The translations under genes were made by a program, and so were the position numbers. A DNA stretch of 48,797 bases, from positions 1-48,797 of the forward strand of contig JAAPAO010000238.1 of the NCBI GenBank assembly GCA_013115145.1, given 5' to 3'. The DNA comes from Perkinsus chesapeaki ATCC PRA-425. Taxonomy: Eukaryota; Protista; Perkinsozoa. A model generated the notes under the pieces. The model was not told where the DNA came from. It did not search any database and saw only the letters and a program-made list of their open reading frames with translations. The stretch's first letter is position 1; the number at the start of each line of letters is the position of its first letter. Shown here one piece after another: positions 1-12,470 of this stretch.

Positions 1-1956
1 GCTCAATTTAACCGATAGGTCAAATTTCTGAGAAGTGATACTTTTGGGACCACCGTGTGATACATTTGGGACCACTGGCCTTGTTTGGTCATAGTTATAT
101 CTGACCATGGCTTAATGTGGCTCATCTAGGAATGTATGGAGTAAGCTTTGTTATTAGATATTTAAATCAGTGTATCTAATTGATATAATTCTCATTATAA
201 TATTACTGTGTTTATAAGTTGTCTAATAATAGTATTTATATTATGCCAGCAGTAGCATCCCGGCCTCCTATACGAACACCTAGAGGGGTCATGTTAGGGT
301 AAGATAGTAGATTACTACCTTTGCGTCATCACTTTAAGTAGTATTATTTTTATTGCTCTAACGGTGCTCACGGGGGCCTATGAATTGATAGATAACGTCC
401 GGTGATAGTTGGGAATGAGTGATAATGGTATTCTTAATTGTATATTAACCTTAAGTCTGGGCTTGGGTTATAGCAGCTGCTCAAATGATGTTTAATAATA
501 GTATCTTCACCTCCTAATCAGATACTTCTTCCCTTGCTGCTGTGGCTGTGGCAGTGGTAATGTATTGAGTAGACTATGCCATTGTGATGCTATATATTTA
601 AGTGTAGCTCCATACTTCATACCGGGAATATCAATAAGAAAGGGGGTAATACCAAATACCCAGTCATCATCATCCACTGCTTACTAAACTCATTAACTTA
701 TCCTCAAAAGCAACTTTGTCGGCTTTTCTATTCTTTAACGACTCGAGTAGAGCCGAGAGGGGAGGCCTTTAGTCCCGGTGAAAATGTAATGTTCAATGAT
801 ATCACTTTCTACTTTGTTTCAGTTTCTAATATCAATGTTTGGTGATGGTATTGCCATTATGTTGGTATTAACATGGCTTATAAAAGGAGTACCAGGAACT
901 ATTACATTATCATATCGACAACAAAGTGTATCTTATATATTAATAATGATGATGATGGTAATAGAAGGTTCGATCAAGCATTGGGGTGTGCGTGCTCTCA
1001 TTCTCAAAAGTACCCAGAGGGACAGCTGGTTCTATTTCGGACGCCTCATGTTAATAATGAGATAAAAATTATATGGAATTCTCCTCCGGTCCACGTGAAT
1101 CGCTTGTTTTTCCTGACCACTATGTGATAATTAATATACAGTCATATATGACTGTCTCCTAGTCGGGATCTAGGAGTAACCGGAAACACGCGACAGAGTG
1201 GAAAGGGTCGCATTGACAAACGCCGATGGTAGTCTTATGAGGCTCACTAACGTCTGAACTCACCTAGTCTAAACTAGATACATTATCGCCTTGTGAGGCT
1301 TCCTTTTTTATTGTTAGATAATAGTAGGGCTGATTGGTTATTATAGACGTAAAAGTAGCTCTGGATGTGTACTAATACGTTTATATGCATCAATGAAAGG
1401 TATTTTATATATTGTAATAATAACAACAACAACAACAACCACAAGTCCATCTAGTAGTTAACTATCATCATCAGTTACGTATAATACTTATACCATTATC
1501 ACTTGGTTTTAATGACTTTAACGGTCATTGGCGAATTTGCTGTAAGTTACGATGATGATGATGAAGTACACCTTATATTATCTACCCATTAGGCTCCGGT
1601 CTGGAGCTGAGCTCAAGTGCATTATTTTCTGTGATATGGATCCTTATAGATATGTATATGTTATGGGTATGTCCTTAATGGCTTCAATGAGTATTATATC
1701 ACACTTTAGATTGCTAATAGCTTTGCAGTTCATTGTGATTATCGACATTACATAAGACAACAACGTAGGAGTGGACTCACAGGATTAGCTCAAGGTTTGT
1801 TGCTAGTATACATCGTCAGTAAAGGGAAGGATTCGTTCCTGCTGCTGCTGTTAGGGTCGGATTTGGAACGCATGCTCATATTGGAATGATAATATTAATA
1901 ACAAGCAATACTGTCAATGCCACCATTTTTGAAGCATTTTTCATTAAAGTTGTTTT

Positions 1957-3138
1957 GTGTTCATCTCTATCTCTATCATCATCATCATCATTGCCGTCAT
2001 CTTGCCAGTTCTATCCATGTCATCATCATCATCAGTAACACCTTCACAAGAAAGAGCATGTTTGAATTTGTGGGCACTCTCTCAATGGGGTCCGTTTCAC
2101 GACCCTGTTAATAAGTTGGTGGATCGAACACCATATGCACTGTCTATATTAGAGTATAGTAGAGCTAATCCTCAGCAACAGATGGAAATAGTAGCATGCT
2201 GGAAAAAGGGATGTATACAAGATATGGATTCATCAATATGTGTTTTAAAAGATTCGGGGCATCTATTAATAGTAGATTCTGTCCGACTTGAAGTTCGAGA
2301 GATATCTTTGAAAGATATAAGCGAAGTTAAAGTAAGAAGTATGCTGATGCAAGGAGTTGATGGAGGCATGGAGATCAGCGAGTGGCAGGAAAGTTGTGCA
2401 AATAGTCGGCTTATATGCAAGTTAAATACAATGTGTTTTTCGATGTGTGTGGATGAGAAAAATAATGAAGTATTAATAACGCATCCGAGAGGCATTACTG
2501 AAGAAGAGCAACGGGAACGAATAATAGCTGTATCATTGGGAACTTCACTGGAGCAAGTAGTTATTAATACTACTTCACTGAATCTGGGGTACTGCATTCC
2601 TGCTATAAAATACTCCTCAAAGAGCGGATATATTTACATACTTGATCACGAGAATTCGTCATTATTACGCACTCAACGTGTTGGTAATGAACTGAATCTT
2701 GTATCGATACTTTCGCTCTATCATTCAAAGATTGGCGGTCACGTTCAAAGATTATCTCTTCCGGAAGACTTTGATATTTTCATAGACCAAGAAGGCAGGG
2801 AATGCATAGTAGTAGCTGACACCGACAATAAGCGAATAGTTTTGTGGCGCGGTGACGATCCTATTGGTATTGACTTGACTGGTCGTATGAGTGGTGAGCC
2901 TATCTCTGTTGAAGTTGATACTACCAGACGATTTGGTTCTTCTCGGGGCCCTCGAGTTTACTTTGGTATGCTACCTACTAATAACATGTTGGAACTTGAC
3001 TTAACATCATTAAATATAGTTGAACGAATGTCGGAAGTGATACCATTAGACATAGCCATTGATAAGAGGAATGGTAGAGTATTTGTAGCAGATGATATTA
3101 CTAAGAGTATTATACAAGTTGGTTTTGCTGTTTCATAA
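1957..3138 (+). CDS. NHL-repeat / beta-propeller protein, intronless; start uncertain (first in-frame ATG is 2017)
   Basis: 393-codon uninterrupted ORF with repeated NHL-like blades (LPEDFDIF...IVVADTDNKRIVLW; PLDIAIDKRNGRVFVADDITKSI). The ORF track starts at GTG 1957, after an in-frame TAA at 1945. Confidence 0.7.
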   Translation: MFISISIIIIIIAVILPVLSMSSSSSVTPSQERACLNLWALSQWGPFHDPVNKLVDRTPYALSILEYSRANPQQQMEIVACWKKGCIQDMDSSICVLKDSGHLLIVDSVRLEVREISLKDISEVKVRSMLMQGVDGGMEISEWQESCANSRLICKLNTMCFSMCVDEKNNEVLITHPRGITEEEQRERIIAVSLGTSLEQVVINTTSLNLGYCIPAIKYSSKSGYIYILDHENSSLLRTQRVGNELNLVSILSLYHSKIGGHVQRLSLPEDFDIFIDQEGRECIVVADTDNKRIVLWRGDDPIGIDLTGRMSGEPISVEVDTTRRFGSSRGPRVYFGMLPTNNMLELDLTSLNIVERMSEVIPLDIAIDKRNGRVFVADDITKSIIQVGFAVS

Positions 3139-3548
3139 TAATGTAGTCTATTTGAGTTAAGTATGTTAAAGGCAAGTCATATCAACTAAATAGTACTCAA
3201 GTACTATTTTAATAATACTTCTATTTTACCTGTTTATAATACGTGAAGTTAGATTGTGTACGTCGCGTAATTACACGTTTACTACTCATTTTTTTGTGGT
3301 GGTTCAGTTGGTTTATCCCACAGCAACTCCACTTACTGTAATTGATCGTATTGATATGAGAGTATACAGTCAGGCTACGGTATGTGTAATGCTATTATCT
3401 ATGTAATGTTGTTTTGTAATATTTTTCAATGAAAAATTTTCATAGTTTCAGTACACCTTACGGTTCAGAGTAGATTAATTCCTCCACATATTGTACTTCC
3501 TCGTGGTTTATTATAAATAATAATAGTTAGTTGATAACGATTGCCGGT

Positions 3549-6500
3549 ATGTTAATATCACGCTCATCATCAACCTCAACACTTACGTCACTACAACAAC
3601 AACAATACTATATAACTAGAATATTGCCCATTTTGACAAGTAGAAGATCGTTTAGAGCTCGTGGTAGAGTGAAGCGCGGTGAACTAATACAGAACATACC
3701 TATAGAGAGGCTTGATGCTGATGGTAATGAAATTGATACAATGGTTACTACATCACCACCTCTAACTCAGGTAATGGTCGAACAACTATTGAATGGAACA
3801 GGTTTCGAGGTTGCTCCTTTAATGATACCGAACTTGTCGTTCCTGGTGCACTACCAGGTGAAACTGTTACTGTTAAAATAGGAGGGGTAAGCAAAACGTC
3901 TTAGATAGGGTATTCAATGTAAATATTCTTACGTCGATGTACTCTGTATAATAATACATCGAAGTCGTCGAGTCCTGGACTAAGTCATTGCTCTAGGAAC
4001 CTCCTTAGAGCATCTACTTAGGCATTCCATACCATCTCACAGGTATCACTGTAATAGGATAGTCTTACTGGACCCAGCGTACTCTTATCTGATATTACTC
4101 ATCTTGTTTGTTACAGCACCATTCTTTTTTAGGTAAGAGGTAATGGTAAAAAATATAACGAAGTTTTCGTACATGTATTCGCCCGACGAAATTGGGCAGT
4201 TGAACCCGGAAGCTTTGGTAAGTTCCACCTACTACTTTATCAAGGATAACTAGATCCTCAGCTTTATGTATTCACTAACGTTTGATTTGATTGTTGTTGA
4301 TAATAATAGTGTAGTTGGTTCGCATCATCTTTCGAGTATTGTAGAACATCATCCGTTGTCTACAGTATTCTCAGTAAATCGAGTCTTATACTTTTTAACT
4401 CTATAACAGTTAGCTCGATGCATTTGAAACATTCTGAAGCGACGCACTTGTTGTTGAATTCGGGAACATAGAAGATATCAGCAGCATCAGTTCACCCCCG
4501 CCCCCTGATTCCTAATATTTGCTATCCCTCCTTCATTCCTACTCAAATAGCTGCTCTATTCTACTCTTATCCACGGCTACCCCTATCCCGACATTCCCTT
4601 CACCATAGGTTCGCCCATGCTATGGATGAATAGTACTGAGATACTCGACTATCATAAGAATTCACCATATGAGCTACCAGAGGAAGAAGTATGCTTTATA
4701 TTACCACGATACTGAGTATGTTATCATCGCATTCGCAGGTTTGTGGGTATTTCGACAAGCGACATGATGAGCTCAGCTGTAGTGGATGTCAAATACCACA
4801 TTTGCAGTATCAGCGGTACGTATAATGGGAAGCATAGTCATTAATAATGCATTTCAGGCAACTATTGTGGAAACGTAAACTGCTGTCAGAGATGATACCA
4901 AATGAATTCCAACATAAACAAGATAATGATAAACTTATACCAATAGTGGCTAGTGGCTTAGAGTCATTTAATGAGCATCGAACATGTACATAATAATATA
5001 ACATTATACACCTCCTCAAATATCTAAATCAATCTATATTTAGATTCCCAAATACTCCACTCACCTGATAAATGGGATCCTCCTGTTATTGGACATTATG
5101 CTAGAAAAGCCAATGCTCCAGGAGAGAGAAGAGAAGTGTAATAGCAACTATAGCATCAATAATCGCCTACATTATTGAAGCATTGTCATTTATTCGTGGG
5201 CTTCAACGGGGCCCATATATGGAGGTAATCAAGTTTTCGTTCCCCCTAGTGTTGTTACTGGTGGACATTGTCCACGTAAAGAGCCACCAGCATCCGAAGC
5301 TGAGAGAGCTATTATGGAGGTATTGGCTGAACACTATAAGATCGACCGAGAATACTACAGCGCGTAGGAGCATAACCACTCTATCACCACTTGATCGTTG
5401 TTTATAGGTATGATTTCTGGCGACATAGAGGTAACTTTATGGGTATTAACTTCCACATTGGAAAGGATAAGGATGGTCGGCGACATGTACTTGTTAACAT
5501 TCTAATGACAATGGATATTATAAGAGATAAGATGGATCCGTTAGTGGATGCTCTTATTAAAGTAAAAAGTGAGTTTTAGTAGGTAGATCAACGCAAGTTG
5601 TTCAGGTACCGCAAGTTGATGCCATCGTTGCCAATAAAGTCGATAAAGTATATTATCCGGGCTTTAATATTAAATCTGATGATAAGCATCAAATGGTAAA
5701 CCTTAATACCGGATATTTTAATTGTTAATATCATTCAGCTACTATATGGTGATGAGCCTTATATACCACATACACTAACTGTTGGTGCCGATAATAGGAA
5801 AATACCTATTAAGATAGGGGTTGGGGATGTGTTATGGTCTAATGCAACTATACATAAAGAGATACTCGATACTGTGGCTGAGTTTGCTAAACCTAATCAA
5901 AGTGATTAAATGACATGTACATTTTACAGGACAATATCTTCCCTTATTAGATGACGTGATTTGGGATGTTTGGTCCGCTAATGGAGCATCAACTTTAACA
6001 TTAGCCGATAAATGCCGGCATATAGTATCATTAGATGCTTCTAGAACACGGTGAGAACTGATATATATTATATCGATACTATCGAGTATATTATACTGAT
6101 CGATATATATATTATCATTTCATAATTGTATTTAGAGTCAACGGTCTTAAGGAGAATCTACGACTAAATCCAGATATAGCATCAAGAGTTACACCAGTAT
6201 TAGCCAATATGTATAGGGAAGATACTTTAGTGTAAGTAGTCTTTTAATAATAATGATCGCAAACCACTTTGATTCTATCACCGACATACTGGCATTCATG
6301 AGGCGTGTATGGAGCAGCTGCTATAAGTCAGCAGTATTATCTATGTTCAAAGGATATTCCACCGCGATAGTTGACTCAAATTAAATACCATTCATACGAC
6401 ATGACTAGTGTAGATACCTATCTGGTCACATTCATCGTAACCGTGCTCTGCAACTACTCGATACCGCTTACAAAAGCCTTGAGGATGCCCGGAGACTGAG

Positions 6501-8423
6501 GAGTATCGGTGTGGTCCAAGGAATCAATAGAACTAAAAGTCTAGTGGGTTAATGAAATAATAATACTTCTGTAGAACTGATGCCTATGATAGGAGCGAAA
6601 ACATGCCAAGCAGTTCACTGAGTTGCCGGCTGACGTCTCGGAAGTTTTGAAGGCCGAAGCTAAACTGGCATTGGCGGAGGGGACAATTGAAGGGGATAAC
6701 AGATTCAACTTACTTGTCAAGTATGTCGTCGTTAGGATGATGAGGGAAAGTCGGTATGAGGAATTAATGCTTCAGACATATGAGATCGACCAGAACACCA
6801 GAAGGGCTACAGCCTATGTTACCGATAAAACAACCCTGGATGCTCGAGCTTACTCCACAAATGCAGAAGAGCATTACAGCAGCGTAAGGAATCATAAACA
6901 GAATGATTGTTAGATAACTTATATTAATGAATATCGATTTGGTCTTAAAAATGGTTACGTGGTGTGGTATATCAACTTTTAAGCTGGCACAAGTTAGAGG
7001 CCGTTGCATTAAAGAATATTTACATCAATTTGTAACTCTTTTTATGTTCGTGTTTTGGTGTACTCTCTATTGAAGTTGATCGATTTGATAGATACCAGCA
7101 AGTTCGGAGTAGAATAGATAGAGGTGAGGCTGCTGATGATGTTATACAAACACCTGATGAGGCCGAGAGGGAATCTCAATTAGTTGATGCGGCATATATG
7201 TGGCTTATGAATAAAGTATTATTTTATGCCACATTAATTGCAAACATCCATTCAGTCTAAACCAACTACCGTAGAAAAGCAACTTGCAGAATCAGAGAAT
7301 CGAAGAAAAGACTTGACAGCAGGGATAAAAAGCTCGAGTGTTGAGCCAACTGAGAGATCACCTGCATTGCCTGGAGCTGGCCGACCGTTTTATAGTTGGG
7401 ATACACTTGATAAGGCGAAAGAGAAGGATGATGTTAAGGTAAACGCTCTGCGCGCATAATCATCCAAATATGCTTTCAATGGTTGTGACGGAATCTCAAG
7501 AATTCCAGTCAATTCCTTCTCTATCGGTAAGCATCTCAGCGACCGCTCACTTTCAGGAAGAGCTAAGTATGAATATGGATGCTATAGAGCAATTGGAAGA
7601 GGAAGGCCCTGTCTTTGAGATCACCCCTCCTAACGATGGACTTACGAAGCAAAGGGATGAAGAAGATGAACATCAAGCTGGAACAGCAGCAGCAGCTGAA
7701 GAGTGAGTTATCATTTACATGTAACAACTAGCCACCGCTTGTAGGAGAGAAGTTATAAAATCACGTACCGATGAATGGAGAACAACGACTTTACCATCTC
7801 CTGATATTGTGGTCATCAGTTTCCCACCTAAATCTAAAAGAAGGTATAAATGCTTGTTCAACGCGTGTGTGACGTTATCATTATCAGTGAAAAGGAGGGT
7901 AATCTCCCCAAACTATTCCGTCGATGGCTCAGAGCTTCAGCAGTTAAACGTATTGTTGCTGTATTCACCGATCCTAAAGGTCTATCTAAAGATGTTGGGT
8001 AGGAACAACCTATCTTATAGACTTATAGACTGTCACTTTGCTGCCATTGCCTCATCTGTGACGATAAAGATATCATCATCAAAGCAGCCGCGGCATCGAC
8101 CGTCGACGTAACGTCGAGGCTCGACGTAATCATGAAGTCTAAACCTTTTCCGTATAACTTGTATGATTTAACTGTTTGAATAGAATGGTACTAAGCGTAA
8201 GTGGTTGAGCACACTTTAATGATTTGCACATAACAGATATTTACATTACCACTAAAACATAATGCCTAAATCGAATTAAGTGGGATGCTCGATAAAAGCG
8301 CAACTTCGACCCAATCTTATTCTAATATGTTCTAGGCACTTGAAGCAGCTGGGCTATTCAGCAGATGATATTAAAGTTATTGATGCACAACCAGGAACGA
8401 TGGATGTAGGGGATGAGGATTAA
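3549..8423 (+). CDS. RlmD/RumA/TRM2-family RNA m5U methyltransferase homologue, about 23 exons, probably catalytically inactive, with an organellar presequence
   Basis: Hand-spliced continuous model. It shows a TRAM domain (LDADGNGR...VVPGALPGETVTVKI), a Cys cluster (CGYF...CSGCQIPHLQYQRQLLWKRKLL), VGFNG...GHCP, a SAM-fold segment (DVIWDVWSANGASTLTLADKCRHIVSLDASRTRVNGLKENLRLN) and the C-terminal PDIVVISFPPK...KRIVAVFTDPKGLSKDVGHLKQLGYSADDIKVIDAQPGT. Stop TAA 8421-8423. Confidence 0.75.
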
Positions 8424-9589
8424 GCATCCAAACTCGTTGAATATATCTTTGGTATTCAGGTGGTTGTGGTAGTTCAGTTAAACCTCAAGTCTGCGAAATC
8501 TGATAATGAAGAGATCATCGACATCCCACGACTTCATTATCACAGCCATGAGAATTCCCCATAATGAGTGATGATGCCACCTCCTCCCTTGTCATGTTGT
8601 TTCTAAGTATGTCATTCTTGTGAATCGATAATTCATCAGAGTTGCATTTCCAGTGACATGACAGTGAATGAACTGCAGGCATAAGGAGGCTACTGCTGCT
8701 AATCCTTATCACTACCGTGTACAGTATATGGCTTGTCAACAGTACTTTATTACAGTTCACACATTTCTTGATTTCTTGCGGCGAATAAGAATTCACAGGC
8801 CTCTAGAAAAGTGAAACTCAACGGCCTAGTAAGATCGATACCATGCAACCCATCCAAATTGAACATGTGAGGTTTATGAAGTTGGCCTCGTTGTCTAGTT
8901 GACATCGTCAATTTTGGCACGCACGCGCGGGCAGCTGGTCGCGCATGCCACCTCCAAACACAGTATCCCAGGGGATACTGTGTTTGGCTTCATATTTGAC
9001 CTTCCTCTTCCTCCTTCCGTTCCCAGGTTGGACATCATTACCTGACTGAGTTTAGGTTGGATACATGGTCGTACAAGAGCTTCGGGGTTCGGGTTCGCTG
9101 CGCTGCTGCAGCATTCGCCCACTCGAGAGGAAGAGTTGGTTGATGATGTACAACTGGCAAGCAATTATCACCTAGCAGCCACAGAAAGCGAAGATCGCGA
9201 GATCACTGCCGAGACGAGCTATCTTCATACCGAGTCGTAGTCTTTGTAATAGTCGTCATGTGAGCTCCTATGCAAGTCAATAGCGGAACATCTTGAACAT
9301 CACAAACTCCAGAACATCTTGACGAGCATACTGATGATATCAATGCCATGGGCTTGCAAAGGTGCAACTACCGGGTCCGATGCAAATTCAATTTGCATCG
9401 TGCAATCCTCATTTTGCTTATTACTGCTTACTCATGCTCAATACTCATCTCAGGACTGCTTGCCCAAATTGCGTTTATGCACCTTCCCTTTGTATGGGCA
9501 AGTGGTTTATTGTTTCAACCAATTTGGTTGATACCGTAATAAATGTACCCACTCAACAATGTTGATGCCCTCACAGGCGATCCTCAAAG

Positions 9590-10256
9590 ACGATCATGCC
9601 CATGACTGGACTCAACGATGGCCAAGAGCAAGTTGGCACATTGTTGTCCTCTAACCGCACTTAAGTACTACGAGAAGCATGGCACGGAGCGTTATTTTGT
9701 TGGAAGATCATGTTGGCTTCTAAAACCGGGAGGAGGTGGTAGGTTAGGAGCTGCTGGTACTTCGCAGAATCCAAACGAGTATCCACCACTACCAGCGCGA
9801 GCTTCTGGTTCTCGCATATGGCTTCCCCGAAACCCGAAACCATCACTGACCCTCCACCGAGGCTGCGCTTCGACCTCTGTAGCCCACAGAGACTTGGGGA
9901 GCAGTAATGATAGACTCCATCTCGGCCATCCAAATCAATTTTTTTCTCATCGGTAAAAACGGAATTTCCGAAATTCCATCAATGAGATATTAGGGGCGCG
10001 ACTAACATCTAACCCAAGGTCCCTGACTACCCCGGCGCAGCTGAGTTCCGGATCCTAGACCAAAGCTCGCACAATTCTTCGCTTGTCGGCTGGGGATATT
10101 TTGGGCTTAGGAGTTCTAGGTTAGAACCCCTTCTCTCACGTGATTTTCTCCCTCTTTGACTATTTTGCTGATCACGCTCTGGATAACTTGGTATGCAGTA
10201 GCCCGATCTTTCTGCGTGAACTTCTTCTGACCGTTTGATCCCAACTGGGCAGACAT
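9590..10256 (-). mobile_element. Degenerate Tc1/mariner (DD34E-type) transposase remnant
   Basis: Fragments PKISPADKRRIVRALV*DPELSCAGVVRDLGLDVSR (HTH), VFTDEKK..LDGRDG, GGGSVMV, LDSAKYQQLL..HLLP, IFQQNNAPCHASRST and WPSLSP, with stops, frameshifts and an internal deletion. No TIR pair found. Confidence 0.85.
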
Positions 10257-10921
10257 TTCTCTAGAAGAGCTCCGAGCGCCAAGATATCAATAGTTAGTCA
10301 TGGAACGGTTGATCGATTCCGAGTTGTGTTTTTGGTTTTTATGATAGTACTCGTGTTTGCAATTTCACATTACGACGCTAGATATTAAGTGAGAAATCGA
10401 AAAAAAAACGAACTATTCTCTTTTATTGCGTCGGGCTGTTATATTATCGTAAGATTGTTATTCTGATCTAGAATCTCTGAGCCTTCGTAGCCCACTTTGG
10501 TTGGGGAGGGTGCAATTTCTAAAAGTTCACACTTCGATGTTTTCTGTGAATTCACACGTAAGTCTTCTGTGTTAGGGTTATAATGAACGACACCTGCGAT
10601 AGATATGCAATGTAACATGAGCTCGACGTTGTTACAACGTCGTTGTACAATCAGCCCCATGTTAGACAAGCACAGCAGCAGCACTCGTGACAAATGCGGT
10701 GCGAACCTAGCAAGTGCTGCTCGATTAAGTTGGAGTACAAGACGTAAGCTTCTAAAATAGGGGAATCTTGAAGAAATTCCACGGGGCACTCGAAGGGTTC
10801 TCTACAGCGACGATACTGTGTGACTGAAACTGATATGGGCTGGCAGAGGTGCAACCACCCAAGCGGCGTATGACATACAACGTTGACCAAGAATGTTAGA
10901 ATCGTTACCGCGACAAATCAA

Positions 10922-12470
<1,549 letters not shown>

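Noticed and set aside
1-1880. A minus-strand frame reads as protein-like text if TAA/TAG are read as Gln and TGA as Trp, suggesting stop-codon reassignment
   Set aside because: Stop density is about what a non-coding AT-rich frame would give. The 685-, 393- and 384-codon ORFs and all conserved exons use only CAR for Gln and TGG for Trp, and genes end in TAA, TAG and TGA. The region is left as unresolved or decayed sequence.
5208-5211. Apparent +1 frameshift at GGGG in the methyltransferase homologue (reminiscent of programmed frameshifts in Perkinsus mitochondrial genes)
   Set aside because: A 25-nt GT-AG intron at 5225-5249 restores the frame without any indel.
8515-9565. Several short overlapping ORFs on both strands
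   Set aside because: No motif, no consistent splice model and many stops. Likely decayed repeat or non-coding DNA.
10439-10890. Minus-strand ORFs of 116 and 79 aa downstream of the cathepsin
   Set aside because: No recognisable domain or supportable exon structure.
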